Shown here in pieces: positions 1 through 13,393 of a stretch of 64,000 nucleotides of DNA. Origin of the DNA: Mobula hypostoma (taxonomy: Eukaryota); the NCBI RefSeq assembly GCF_963921235.1, contig NC_086097.1, positions 207,392,001-207,456,000 on the forward strand. The letters are read 5' to 3'. The notes below the pieces were generated by a model. It did not search any database, had not been told where the DNA came from, and saw only the letters and a program-made list of their open reading frames with translations. The stretch's first letter is position 1. The number at the start of each line of letters is the position of its first letter. Position numbers and translations under genes: made by a program.

Positions 1-119
1 AGAGGCTGTTAGAATAATTTCTGCTATTCTGTTAGAATAAACAAAAGGTTTATGGAACCTTGGTTTTAACGAGATATTGGTTAAGATAAAACAAAAAGGA
101 GTTGCATAGCAGGTTTGAT

Positions 120-510
120 TAAGAGAGCTAGGGCTTTGCTCTTTGGAGAGAAAGAGGGTGAGAGGAGACATGATAGAGGTATACAAGATATTAAGAGGAA
201 TAGATAGAGTGGACAGCCAGCACCTCTTCCCCAGGGCACCACTGCTCAGTACAAGAGGACATGGCTTTAAGGTAAGGGAGGGAAAGTTCAAGAGGGATAT
301 GAGAGGAAGGTTTTTTACTCAGAGAGTGGTTGGTGCATGGAATGCACTGCCTGAGTGCGGAAGCAGATACGCTAGTGAAATTTAAGAGACTGCTAGATAG
401 GTATATGGAGGAATTTAAGGTGGGGGGTTATATGGGAGGTAGGGTTTAAGGGTCAGCACAACATTTGGGCCGAAGGGCCTGTACTGTGCCGTACTATTCT
501 ATGTTCTATA
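120..510 (+). mobile_element. CR1 LINE 3' end
   Basis: RGDMIEVYKILRG...TRGH...FFTQRVVGAWNALP ORF2 C-terminus followed by a ttctatgttctat tail. Confidence 0.9.
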
Positions 511-1170
511 TGTATAGGCAGGTAGGAATAAATGAGGTACTTATGGAGTACAAGAAACGCAAAAGAAAAACACTTAAGAAGGAAATCAGGACAGCTAACA
601 GCATGAGATTGCTTTAGCAGACAAGGTGAAGGAAAATCCTAAGATATAATAAAAGCAAAAGGATGGTAAGTGACAAAATTGGTCCTCTGGAAGATCAGAG
701 TAGCAGTCTGAGCATGGAGCTGAAAGAGATGGGGGAGATTTTAAATTGATTTTTTAGCATCTATGCTTACTCAGGGGACAGACAACGGATCTATTGATGT
801 AAGCAATGCAGCAATGGGGTCATGGACCCTATACAGATTACAGTTTGCTGTCTTCAGGCAAATTAATGTGGATAAATTGCTAAGGACTGACAAGGTATTC
901 CCTCAGACCCTGTGGGAGGCTAGTGCAGAAATTTCAGGGGTCCTAGCAGTAATATTTAAAACCTTCTTAGCCACGGGTGAGGTGCCGGAGGATTGCAGGA
1001 TAGCAAATGTTGTTTCGTTCTTAAATAAAGGCTCCAAGAATTAGCCAAGAAATTGTAGATGGGTGAGCCCAAAATCAGTAATGGGAAAGTTAATGGAAGG
1101 TATTCTCAGAGACCACATATACAAGTATTTTGATAGATAAGGACTGATTAGGGACAGTGAACATGGATTG
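511..1170 (+). mobile_element. Degraded CR1 ORF2 fragment
   Basis: LWEASAEISGVLAVIF...GEVPEDCRIANVV, the region upstream of the RT domain. Confidence 0.8.
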
Positions 1171-2124
1171 TGGTTTTCTAGCTTATATGAACAATCTCAG
1201 GAAAGGAAGTTCTACTACAGTGCAAGACATTAACAACAGAGATTAGAGTCTGCTTAAGTAAGGAAGTTGAGAGATTTGAGAGTTTTGTCATCCATAAATA
1301 TATCTCACCTTCTAGCAGGAAATTATGGACCATTATTTGCAGAAGGGAAAAGAGCATATTTATGGCCTGAATCTTCTCTCAGCAAACAGCAACAAAAATT
1401 ATAAACAGCTTAGCTCTCAATTAAAATTCTTCACCATCTGAAGTTGCAAATCTGCAAGAACAGCTAAGTTTGTCAATAACTAACTGTTCTTATATACTAT
1501 TAATAAAAGTAAGATACCGAGGGACACTTTCCAAAAGTATTGTCAAACTAAACAAAAACCATAATAAACAAGCTGTTGGATCAGGTGACCAAAGGCTTAA
1601 TTGAAGAGGAGCTTTTAAAAAGAGCCTCATCTAAAGAAAAGTACACAAAAACTAAGGAGCTGGAATAAGGGTATTCCAAAGGTCACAGCCTGTACAAATG
1701 TAGTTACAGAAGATCAATGAAAATTAGGGCTGAGCATTAGATTTGACAAAGTGTGAAATCCTGGACGACTGTTCAACTAAAGCAGTTTCCTCCCCACTGC
1801 TGAAAAGACCTCATTAAGACGCTGAAAAAAGAAACATTCAAGAATCAACACATTGTCATGTCAAAAGCTAATTAATACATGTCACTCAACAGAAAAGATC
1901 AATTAATTTCTTTAAAGGGGTACATTGTAAGGGGTCTGTTGTAAACACATGCAATTTATTTCCTGCAGGATACTGCAGAAAAGGTAGGTTTTGAGCTGCA
2001 TTTTTCAATCTACATGTAAAATACATTAAAGCTGTACAAAAACATTCAGAAACAAGGTCAGAAAAATTGCATGCAAAATTGTAATCAAGTTTAAGGTCAC
2101 AGAAATAAGAAATTATTACTCAAT

Positions 2125-2336
2125 CAACAGGAATTCTGCAGATGCTGGAAATTCAAGCAACACACATAAAAGTTGCTGGTGAACGCAGCAGGCCAGGCAG
2201 CATCTCTAGGAAGAGGTGCAGTCGACGTTTCAGGCCGAGACCCTACGAAGGGTCTCGGCCTGAAACGTTGACTGCACCTCTTCCTAGAGATGCTGCCTGG
2301 CCTGCTGCATTCACCAGCAACTTTTATGTGTGTTGC
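2125..2336 (+). mobile_element. Miniature palindromic Penelope-like (pLTR fold-back) element
   Basis: Inverted arms 2157-2246 and 2247-2336 match the termini of the GIY-YIG element at 62331-63491. TSD aat(t/c)attactcaat at 2111-2124 and 2337-2350. Confidence 0.88.
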
Positions 2337-2405
2337 AATCATTACTCAATGATAGCCGTCTGGCACAAATTCAATGAATATGGGTAATACCAAAAAAAAA
2401 CTTAC

Positions 2406-2487
2406 TAAATAGCTTTCCAAATGATTCTCTCTTAGCTCGCTCTGCTTCATAAAGCTGTTTTCCTTCTTTTACTAGAGCTCCAGCCCA
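2406..2487 (-). CDS. RB1CC1: RB1CC1 coding exon 9 (82 nt); gene continues left of the window
   Basis: WAGALVKEGKQLYEAERAKRESFGKLF. aag/gtaagt boundaries; 94-nt intron to the previous exon. Confidence 0.96.
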
Positions 2488-2581
2488 CTTGCAAGGAAAA
2501 ACAAAAATTAAATAATTTAAAAATTCTGGATATGCGTGTCAATATTACCCGGTAAGTGAAACCTCGAACTGTTCAACATAC

Positions 2582-2768
2582 CTCCCTGTAATGTGTAGTG
2601 AACATTTTCCGCCTTACTACTTCCACAACAGCTAAGCAGTACATTTGAGGAACAGTGCTAAGTGCCTCAACGATTCGCACTCTCTCTTGCAGTTCTGTCA
2701 GAAGCCGTAGTAAAGCTTGGAGTTTTTCACCATTTTGATCTGCATGCAGCATTACATAACAGCACCAC
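2582..2768 (-). CDS. RB1CC1: RB1CC1 coding exon 8 (187 nt)
   Basis: WCCYVMLHADQNGEKLQALLRLLTELQERVRIVEALSTVPQMYCLAVVEVVRRKMFTTHYRE. cag/gtatgt boundaries. Confidence 0.97.
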
Positions 2769-3930
2769 CTGACAAATACATGAACAGAATCAGATTTAAT
2801 CATCATGTACTTAAAAAAAATCAAAGGGACAGACCTGTTTGCAACAAGAATGAAGTCAACAAAATCTTCTTGAATGGAATTTCAAACCTAGCTTTCTGTA
2901 ACTAAAGAGATAATTTACTGTTTACTGCAAAAATTAAATACCAATATCAGCTACTGTATTGTTCATGTTTTTAGGATTTAAAACAATTTTTGAAGGGTAA
3001 AGTGCCAACTAATAACATCAGATCAAGCAAGAGAAGACATTCAACACTTTGGGAACAGGAGTATCTATTTTGTAGATTAGTAAAGTCAAGCAAAAATTAT
3101 CTTGAAGTACAAGTAAGACTAAATTAGGATTAATACTTAAAAATTAAAAATGGCAACAACTAGATTCTGCATAGAGTTTTACAACTGTAATGGTCAAGAT
3201 TCAGCAGCAAGAGGGGATGTAATTACTGGCAGTAATTGACATTCTTGATACCAGTAATTAACAGACCAAGACATCTTGCTGTGTAACTTAGCTTTCATTT
3301 GAAATTCTTGTACTTACATAATAAATATGAAATTATGTGTGCAGGTTAAATTGCTGTAGTAGACAGAAATACAATTAATGCTTCTGGTTCCAATGAAAGG
3401 TCATGCCCTCCACTACGACCTGGACCCCGCTGCATCATATGCCCTGGGCGTGAAACCCACCACCATCTTCCAGACCATACCCGACCTTTTCAAATCAGCC
3501 CAGTGCTTAGATCAATCCAACCTCTCCCAGTTTAGGTGGATGTGCTCCAAACTCCTCTGCTCCAACCTTTCTCCATTTCACTCACTCTAACTCTGCCTCC
3601 GTCTCAAACATGCCTGGACCTCATTCCGATTTTGCATTGCACCTGCACACCTCGACCTTCAAGTCAGTCTTGCCTTCGTTTGCTTTTTCATTGTTTAAGG
3701 TGATAGCTTGCCACAATTTTCCATAGAAAAGATGTTATTAATAAAAAATAAAGTTGTATTTGCTTTATAAACTGCCAATAAGCTGTCACCCATCTTCAGT
3801 AGCACTATCTTAAACCGGAAGGATTTGGATGACAGAATTTAAAAGCCAGGCCAGATAGATTGAAACGGCAGTTTTTGGGAGGGTCAGTCCAGTTCTGCTC
3901 ACTGCTCCGTGACGTTTACTCCGCAGCATT

Positions 3931-4170
3931 GAGACTGAGGCTGTGTCCTTCTCCAGTCTTCCTGTCTGAAAGCTTTACAACGATTTGCCTTGCTATGTGA
4001 TGAACAGAGGCTGAGGCTGTGTCCTGCTCCGGTCTTCCTGTCTGCAAGCTTTACAACCATTTGCCTCGCTATGTGATGAACAGAGGCTGAGGCTGTGTCC
4101 TGCTCCAGTCTTCCTGTCTGCAAGCTTTACAACGATTTGCCTCGCTATGTGATGAACAGAGGCTGAGGCT
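3931..4170 (+). repeat. 76-bp tandem repeat, about 3.2 copies, inside a non-autonomous interspersed repeat (~3870-4415)
   Basis: Unit gaggctgaggctgtgtcctgctccagtcttcctgtctgcaagctttacaacgatttgcctcgctatgtgatgaaca starting at 3931, 4007, 4083 and 4159 (partial). Confidence 0.92.
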
Positions 4171-4414
4171 ATGGGCCTGCTCTGGCAGCCCCGGGCTTTG
4201 GGTCTGTGGACTCACTTTCATTCTGAATTCTGTTACTTGTCTTCATTGTCTGCATGAATTATTTTTTCTCTCTCTGGGCATTGCAAACTTGTTGGCCTTT
4301 TTTTTAAAATTATGTTCTTTCAGGTTTCACGTTTTGTTGCTGTCTATAAGCAGACAAATCTCATGGTTGTATAATTCATACATACTTTAATAATAAATAT
4401 ATTTTGAACTTTGA

Positions 4415-5660
4415 ACAAATCATTGATGTACAACATGAAAAAAAGCAATCCCAACACCAACCCCTGCAGAACACACTCAAGCACCTTGTTAAACAGACTT
4501 GTGTGGCATCTTGTCAAAGGGCTTCTGAAATTCCAAGTACACAATATCCAATGTCTTTCCTTTGTTCATCCTGTATTTATTTTCTCAAATAATTCCAACA
4601 GATTTGTTTGACAAGATTTTCCCTTAAGGAAACCATATTGATTTTGGTCTATTTTATCTTGTGCCTTCAAGTACCCCAAAGTTCACATTTAATAATTGAG
4701 TCCAACATCTTTCCAACCACTGAAGTCAAGCTAACTGTAATTTCCTTGCTTCTGCCTCCCTCTCTTCTGAACGAGTGGAGTGATATTAGCAGTTTTCCAG
4801 TACTCTGGAACTAATGCCTACACAATCTCTTCAGCTACTTCTTTCAGAACAATTTTGTGTAGTTCATCTGTTCCAGGTAATATATCTACTTTCAGACCTT
4901 TCAACTTCCCAAGCACCTTCTCCTTATTGATAGCAACTATACTCATTTCTGCCCCAATACTCTTGAATTTCTGGCTTACTGCTGACGTCTTCCACAGTAA
5001 TTGATGCAATGTACTTAAGTTCGTCTACCATTTCACTGTCCCCCATTACTAACTCTCCAGTGTCATTTTCCAGCAGTCCGATATCCACCTTTGCCTCCCT
5101 TAACTTTTATATCTGAAAAACCGTTGGTATCCTCTTATTTTATTGGCTTTATATTTCATCTTTTCTCTCCTTATGTTTTTTTTTAAAGTTACCTTCTGTT
5201 GGTTAAGATTCCCAATACTGTACTTTCTCACTAATTGTTGCTATATTATATGTCATCTCCTTTGCTTTTATGCTGTCTTTGACTTCCCTTGTCAATGACT
5301 GCGGCCTCAACCTTGCTTTAGAAATCTTTGGGATGTATCTATCTTGCGCCTTCTGAATTGCCTCCAGAAACTCCAACCATCGCAGTTCCACTGTCATCCC
5401 TGCTAGTGTCACCTTCCTGTCAACTTTATCCTACTCCTCTCTCATGCCTCTGTAATTGCCTTTACTACACTATAATACTGACTTTACCTGACTTCACCTT
5501 TGTCCTTTCAAAATGCAGGGCAAATTCTATCACATTATGAACACTGCCTCCTAACGGTTCCTCATCAAGGAAGCACCCTAATCAAATGATTCATTGCGAC
5601 AACACCCGATCCTGAATTGCCTTTCCCCTAGTAGGCTCAACCACAAGCTGCTGTACAAAG
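4415..5660 (-). mobile_element. Degraded CR1 ORF2
   Basis: KVLGKLKGLKVD..PGTDELHKIVLKEVAEEIV and VLQGLVLGLLFFMLYINDL fragments with stops and deletions. Confidence 0.85.
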
Positions 5661-8304
5661 TCAACAGCAGAATAGCAATCTTTGCCAGGTAACTTAACTA
5701 CTATGAACAGCCACAAATGTCAAAAGCAGCTTTGTGATTTGCCATTACTCTGACAGCAAATTGTTGTTCACAATAGGAAACACATCTGAAAATATTTTCA
5801 TTTATGGGAAATTTCAACTCAAAACTAAGTAGATTTTAAAAAGCTATTTCACAACCATTTCTAAAAAAACCTCAGATACGTGGAGATCAGTATTCACATA
5901 AGTATAGTAGCTTCACTTATAAAACTACTGATGTACCAGTGAGGAAAAACAATTAAGGAAATGCAGGGGTTACTCAAAATGCTTTGTAAAAAAAACACTT
6001 TCCTACCATGCAGACAGAAAAATCAATAATGGTATAATATTGAGCCTAAGGCAATAATGTATAGCCAAGGGCATTGGCAACACAACCTTGTGACATTCGA
6101 TCACTTGGTCCACCCTTTCACTTACACCACCCTTCTCATTTCCTGATGAAAGTGACCTGACATGTTGATGTTGTTTCTCTGTCCACCACAATTGAGTCAC
6201 ATATCTAGCTAATTTGTATCTGGCAGAATAAATATTCCATGATCATATCCATAAATGACTTTTTCCTGCTCTGCCATAAGATTAAGCTACCAACCCACCC
6301 ATCTGGAATGTGGAAAGAAACCCATGTGATCATAAGGAGTTCATACAAATTCACACAGACCTGAAAAGTTATATAACCTGCCAAAAAGAGGAAGATTCAA
6401 ATAAATTCTTCTCGGCTTCTAGTCAGAGAAGAGCTTATTCATCATATATGCCTGGAAAGCACTAGATCCTGAAGATTCAATTATTACCATTCTTTGCTTT
6501 GTATCTGATAACCATTTCTCAATCTATATCACTATATTACTTCCATTATATATACTCCAACCTTATTGACTGGACCCTCATTGTCACACAAATAATGAAT
6601 ACCCATAACTTTTCTCCCTCCTCCACATCTACCATCTGCAAGATCAGTGAATGTTGCTGTAAATAAGTGTACAATGCAACTTAAATAATTATAGAATGGA
6701 ACTATGCAATACTGTAATGATGCTGCAAGCTTTTCATGGCACCTGTGTATACAACAAAAACTTGACAGCGTTGATTCTGTTCCCTGCAAATAAAAACGTT
6801 TCATCATTTCCTTTGGTACCAAGTTCTTCCATTTCCTAGATTGCAGCAGAGCCTGAAACTTGAACTGAGGCAGATAGTTTCTACCATAATCTAGACTTGA
6901 GTTTCCAACTTCACTTACAGATGATTAATACTACCCATATAGATTCACTCTCCTCTGCTACCAGAATTCTCAATGACTTTTATATTGTGAAACCTCAACA
7001 TCTTAATAATCTTCTAGCCTTCTTCACAATATCTGAATTGTAAACTGATTTCAGTTATGTCTGGTGCAAGGCTCTTGTTCATTCAATCAGCTTATTTAAC
7101 TCCCTCAAGCCGAGTCATAATCACACCTAATTATGCACTTTAAGCAAATTTAGAAATGTGACATTTGCCCCCTTCAGTTAAATCACTGATAAAGATCATG
7201 AACATCTGGAGTCTAAGTACTGATCCATACACTATATAACCTGCCAGACTGAGGAAGATTCACTTATTACCATTCTTTGTTTTATATCTGAAGACCATTT
7301 CTCAATCCATCTCACTTCCATTATATATCCTCTAGCCTTATTGACCAACCTCTCATGTAAAAACTTATCAAATGTATTTTAAAGATGCAAAACATCACAT
7401 TCATTGATTCAAGAGGCTATACACCAAAAAGCAGCTACTAGTGATTAACAACATCGGCCAAACACAAGGAAATGCAGCGCACACTTGGCAGAACGGTTTT
7501 AACGAAGTCAGCAAAACAACCCCACCGAGTTTCTCCAGCAGTTCCAGCAGCAACTGTGGGTTGAAAAGAACTGTTAACATTGAGTCGAGACCATGTTTCA
7601 GTGGTGTCAGCATCTAATCAAATGTACTAGGCTTCCATTTTGTGTACTTAAAATATTGTTACTTAAAAAAATTTTAAGGAATAATAATTAGGAATGAGTT
7701 CCCTGATCTCCTCTGACCTCTTGAAGAGAATTAGTTTCTAGGATTACGAATTCTATCTTTTTCTTTAATAAATACATTATTCTGACGGCAAGACCAAGGA
7801 CTAGATAAGCAAAGAAAACATTCACTAATTAGGTTAAGAGTTCAATACTGATTAGGGGGGAAAAAACAGAAAAGAATGAATGCATAATCTGGTCACTGGT
7901 TTCCGCTTCTTTTTTAAACCCTCCCCCCCATAAACAAATCTATAGATATGGAATAACATACATTTTCTGCCAAGTAAAGGAAGTCTCTGAGCCAAGGGCA
8001 TCAACCTGAAGTGGCAGCAGCTTGTTGCTCCACAGACAATCTTTAACTTGCTCAGAATTTTTGCATTTTGCATCAAATTAAGATGTGGAACATTCATGAG
8101 AAAAAGTTGTTTTGCACCTCACTTTTTCAAGTTGAATTCTTCTACTTCTTCAACCTCCAGGAGTATAGAACATATGCCCATGGAAAAACTACATGAAAAT
8201 CACATCTTTCGAACTTTGCAAAATAATTTCACACTATCACACTCACAAACTTTTAGAATATAGACAAAAAAAAACTTCAACACCTGCAGTATATTTGGAC
8301 TTAC

Positions 8305-8489
8305 TTTAACCGGACTTGCAAGTTGTTTGCAAGTTCCTGCTTAGCAGTGGTACATTTCTGCTTAATATCCAGCAGCTTCTTGTGGTTTGTTAACATGATC
8401 ATTAACTGATTTGCATGACTCAGACATAAATCAGGAAGAACAGATGGGTCTTTCAGGTTTTCAGCTCTCTTCTGATTAGCTAAAAATCC
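8305..8489 (-). CDS. RB1CC1: RB1CC1 coding exon 7 (185 nt; not in the ORF track)
   Basis: GFLANQKRAENLKDPSVLPDLCLSHANQLMIMLTNHKKLLDIKQKCTTAKQELANNLQVRL(K). cag/gtaagt boundaries. Confidence 0.97.
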
Positions 8490-9069
8490 CTGTTGGTATA
8501 AAACAATGCATTATTAATGCAAAAACACTGACATTGAGCTTCATTTGCTTTTTTTTGGATTGCTTTTCATTCAACTCGGGTATACATTTCTGGTTATTAA
8601 AATATTACGCTTCAGATGCATCAACATTTTATCTATATGAACTGTGGAGGGGGTGTATGGAAGGGTGTAGAATTTTCCAGTCTCAGGGATGCTTTGTGAT
8701 TTTTGTAATGTCAAAATTAATAGCCCTAATCTATTTAGATGGGAAGCGAATGCAATAAAACTGATGTGAAATTTAACCATATTTAGAGAGCTTTTAAAAT
8801 GTTAACAGTTCCAACTTAGAGCACAGAAATGATAGGTATCAAACCAGATTGCAATAATTTGCCATTCAGAAAAATCCTGATTAAACTCTCAATCAAATTA
8901 CAAAATAAATCCTGCCCTTTACTTTGAACAAACCGGGAAAAAAAAGGGACACCCATTTGTTAAAGGAAACTAGCTCAATGGTTCAGGAATTGATTATAGG
9001 TGATCAAGGACTGAATGGACTTTTCTTGTGGACACTCTGCAGTCAGGTTCATTTGTTAAGGGTAGGCTC

Positions 9070-11780
9070 CTCAGCATTTGGTTCCACATTCAGTCAAGTC
9101 TCTGTAATGGCCACAACATCATAGCTCCAAGTACTGATCCATGCTTTTGTTTATAATACACTTTGCATTAAAATAGACACGTCTCAAACCATTGGTCTGA
9201 GCACGTTCTTTCTCTATCACCTGCCTATCCTCCCTCTTGCACTGTCTCCAAGCTTTCTGTATTTGTGAGCCAACTGCGCCTTCAGTTTGGTTCCCACCCC
9301 CCAGCAATCCTAGTTTAAACTCTCCCCAATAGCCTTAGCGAACCTCCCCGCAAAGATATTGGTCCCCCGGGATTCAAGTGCAACCCGCCCTTATTGTACA
9401 GGTCACTCCTGCCCCAAAAGAGCTCCCAATGATCCAGAAATCTGGATCCCTCTCCCCTGCTCCAATCCCTCAGCCATGCATTTATCCTCCATCTCACTCT
9501 ATTCCTATACTCGCTAACATGTGGCACAGGCAGTACAGGCTTCCCCCGCTATCAGAAGGTAGAGCGTTCCTATGAAACGGTTCATAAGCCGGAATGTCGT
9601 AAAGCAAATAAGCAATTACCATTTATTAATATGGGAAAAACTTTTGAGCATTCCCACACCCAAAAAAAACCTACAAAATCATGCCAAATAACACATAAAA
9701 CCTAAAATAACAGTAACATAGTAAAAAGCAGGAATGATATGATAAATATACAGCCTATATAAAGAAGAAATATTTTTCTGCAGCACTAATGCAGCGAAAA
9801 TCTCGCGGAAGTGCTCTCGGCAGAAACACTCTCTCCAGTAACCTTTAAACTATGAAGCTGCCAAATCATACCAAATAACACATAAAAATACACAGCCTAT
9901 ATAAAGTAGAAATAATGTATGTACAGTGTAGCTTCACTTACTGGAATCGGGAAGACTCCAATAAATTGCAGTTTTGTCACAGTTAAACACTTGCTTATAC
10001 GAATAAGCACCTGACGCAATCCGCAACTGCCTCTGATCTGGGCTGACATTTACGTGCCGGGCGGCACCTAATTAATTAGCTTGTTTATTTCGGCTTTTGT
10101 CTTAAAGATATGCCGGGTGCGTTCCGACTACCGCTGCACCGCTGCATTCTTCGCGGCCACGTATTGGTCCGCAGCCCGGAGGTTGGGGACCACTGCTTAA
10201 ACTATGAAGCTGCCCTCACCTCAAGAAACCGATCAAACCACCCATGACTACCTTTAAATTCCACTTTCACAACACTTTTATCACCATCGTCCAGTGTTTT
10301 CTGTTTCAGCTTATTAAAAAGACTGACTGATTTCTCCTCAAGTATAAGAAAACTTAATGGAACACCACGCTTTGTACACCCATCAATCCACTCAAGCAAT
10401 AGACTTTCCATTTTATCCATTACTGGATGCCGACTAAGAGAGACCACTTTGCTACGAGCAGAACCAACAGTAACATCAGCAGCTTTCAAAATTCTTTCAC
10501 TCTGCATATAAATAGTGTGAATGGTGGACGCAGGCAAGTTCAATGCACGGACAATGTCCTTACTTTGTTCACCACAATCGAAATGCTTAATTACGTCTGA
10601 TTTTACACCAAGTGTAACACCCTTACAAGCTCCTTTAGGCTTTTCCGATACCTTAGAACCTATCTTGCTAATGGATGCACAATAAATCGAGATAAAGCAC
10701 GTGTTTAAGCAATGCAGACTAGAATACAGTTCCGGGGGAGGAGCTTGTCTGTTCAGGCGTGTGCTGCCTTTTTTTGAAACAGTGAAAACACCTTCTGTTA
10801 GCGAAAACAGGTAACTAATGTAGGTCTTTCGTAACAGCGAGGTGTCGTAAAGCGAACATTCGGAAATCGGGGTCCACCTGTAATCCCGAGATGACTATCT
10901 TTGTGATCCCATTTCTCAACTTCCTTCCTAACTCCCTGTAGTCTGCTTTCAGGATCTCCTCCCTTTTCTTGCCTATGTCACTGATACCAGTATGTACCAC
11001 AACCTCTGGCTGTCCTCCTTCCCACCTCAGGATATCATGGACGCGATCAGAAACATCCCGGACCCTCACACCTGGGAAGCAAACTACCATCCGTGCTTCT
11101 TTCCTGCATCCACAGAATCGCCTGTCTGACCCCCTAACTATAGAGTCCCCTATTACTGCTGCCATCCACTTCCTTTCCCTACCCTTCTGCGCCACAGGGC
11201 CAGGCTCTGTGCCAGAGGTGTGGCCACTGTTGCTTCCCCCAGGTAGGCCTCCCCAATAGTACTCAAGCAGGAGTACTTATCATCAAGGGGAACAGCCAAG
11301 GGGTGCTCTCTAGCCTCTAACTCCTACCCTTCCCTCTCCTGACTGTTACCCACTTATCTGTCTCCCCAGGCCTCGATATGACTACCTGCCTATAGCTCCT
11401 CTCTGTCACCTCCTCACTCTCCCTGACCAGACAAAGGTCATCGAGCTGCAGCTCCAGTTCCCTAACGCGGTCCCTAAGGAGCTGTAGCTCGACACACCTG
11501 GCGCAGATGTGGTCGTCCGGGAGGCTGGAGTCTCCTGGACTTCCTACATCTGACACCAAGCACAGAACACCAGCCTCACACACATTTTTCCTGTCTGTAT
11601 TCTACACAGGCAACCTATCTCGCCTCGACCTGTTATCGCCAAAGCCCCGTTGAGCTAAACCCTTCCTACTCTGTCTCCCTCTGCTCGATCCCCGCTCTGT
11701 AAAGCTGCCTCCTTTTAAACTCTTCTCGCTGTTCTGACTAGCTGACGTCCACGCCCCTGCTCAGTCGTGCCCCAATCAAA
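9070..11780 (-). mobile_element. CR1 5' half (ORF1 Zn-finger/coiled-coil and SGNH esterase, start of ORF2), split by a Tigger element
   Basis: CARCVELQLLRDRVRELELQL; VIGDSIVRGSDRRFC; FLDHWELFWGRSDLY...GLHLN. Confidence 0.88.
9536..10880 (-). mobile_element. Tigger/pogo DNA transposon, internally deleted
   Basis: TA|CAGGCTTCCCCCG...CGGGGTCCACCTG|TA imperfect TIRs. Removing it restores the CR1 ggcagtaatcccgag. ORF 10202-10543 is a CENP-B-type HTH (MESLLLEWI...FKGSHGWFDRF). Confidence 0.9.
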
Positions 11781-11859
11781 CCGCTGAAGAAATAACATTT
11801 CTTAAAAGTTAGAGACATGCAAAACATTTGATAGCTGTGCCAGCTCTTACAGTCCAAAA

Positions 11860-13030
11860 CCTTCACCAGCTGTGACTAACCAAGCTTTGCTTTAAATATA
11901 CCCAGTTTCTTGGCCTCCACAGCATATGTGGCAATGACTTCCACAGATTCTCCACCCCCCGGTTCAAGAAATTCCTCCTCATCTGTTCTAAAGGGACATC
12001 CTTCTATTCCATGTCTGGGACCAGAGGGCACAGTCTCGCCCACTATTAGAAACATCCACTCCATATCCACTTTACTGTGGTCCTATAATATTCAGTAGGT
12101 TTCAATGAGATCCCCCATTCATTCTTCTAAATTTCAAAAAATACAGAGCCAGAGCCAACAAATTCGTTAATCCTTTCATTCCCTGAATCATTCTCATAAA
12201 AATCCTTTGGACTCTCTTCAATGTTAGCACATCCTTTCTTTGATACTGTGAAAATATCCAAATGTGGTCTAATCAAAGCCTTAAAGGCTCAGCATTATAT
12301 CCTTGCTTTCATGTTCTATTCCTCCTGAAATGAATGCAAACATTGTATTTGCCTTCCTTCCACTGAATAAGCCTACAAGTTATTAAACTTTAGGGAATTC
12401 TGCACTAGGACTCCCAAACCCTTTTGGACCTCCAATTTCTGAATTTGCTCACCATTGAGAAAATAGCCTATGCCATTATTCCTTCTACTGAAGAGAATGA
12501 ACATGTACTCTCCTTCCCTCCACTGTATTCCATCTGCTACTTCTTTGCCCATTCTCTTAATCTGTCCAAATCCTTTTGCAGACTCCCTGCTCTCTCAACA
12601 CTACCTGCCCTTCCACTCATCTTCTTATCATTCACAAACTTCACCACAAAGCCATCAATTTTGTCAACCAAAATCATTAACATACAACTCACTTCTTCCA
12701 CACCAATCTTTAAGACACAAATTCAACTCTTTGACCTCATTAGGCTGGTGCCAATTTGCACATGGCTCAGTTAACAATCCACAGATAGTTACCTTTTTGG
12801 TTGTGTTTTAACTTGATCCCTAGTTGCTCCAATTCCCTCAATAGAACCTCTTTCCTTATTCTTTCTACATTGTTGGTACCCACATGGCTACAACATCTGG
12901 ATCTTTCCCCTCCCACTCCAAACTCCTCTACAAGGTCAGATAAGATATCCCAAACCCAGGCGCCAGACAACATAGCCTTTCCAAATACTTGCGACAGAGA
13001 ACTGTGTCTATTCTTCTGACTACACTATCG
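11860..13030 (-). mobile_element. CR1 remnants (ORF2 3' part and ORF1 esterase piece)
   Basis: HVGTNNVERIRKEVLLRELEQLG and a degenerate ORF2 C-terminus. Confidence 0.75.
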
Positions 13031-13130
13031 CAATTACATAGAACATAGAAATCTACAGCACATTACATTTTTCCTCTCCTTTTTAAATGACTCAACAAAT
13101 CAACAAACAGGGCACATCAGTAAATTAATA

Positions 13131-13284
13131 CAGGTCGACCTTCACTAGTCTGGCATCACTGGAACCTGAGGAGTGCCGGATTAGTGAAAATGCCAAATTA
13201 CAGAAGGATCACATTAAGCATAATCAGTGCCGGATTATCGAAGCAACCGGATTACAGGTAGTCCGATTAGTGAAGGTCAACCTG
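13131..13284. mobile_element. 154-bp pogo/Tigger-type MITE
   Basis: TA|CAGGTCGACCTTCACTAGTC...GATTAGTGAAGGTCAACCTG|TA, with the internal motif ccggatta repeated. Confidence 0.88.
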
Positions 13285-13393
13285 TATCTCTTTTCTAGCT
13301 TTGTCACTGATTTTTTTTTAAATCATCCAGTGCTACGTGCCAAGTCAAGCTCACCACCAATTTATTTCTCAAAATAATTACCACTTATTTATA

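Noticed and set aside
2124..2387. Small proteins of the MLEIQATHIKVAG type (also 13389-13601 and 62274-62465)
   Set aside because: They are translations of the non-coding pLTR and appear on both strands because of the palindrome.
1..2400. Next RB1CC1 exon (expected RKSFLRNRLF-like peptide)
   Set aside because: Not found by eye; it presumably lies left of the window.
3931..4170. CRISPR-like array
   Set aside because: The units are contiguous with no unique spacers, and the context is a eukaryotic intron.
6370..7360. Local segmental duplication (~6470-6570 resembles ~7250-7350)
   Set aside because: Both look like decayed minus-strand CR1 RT remnants covering the same region.
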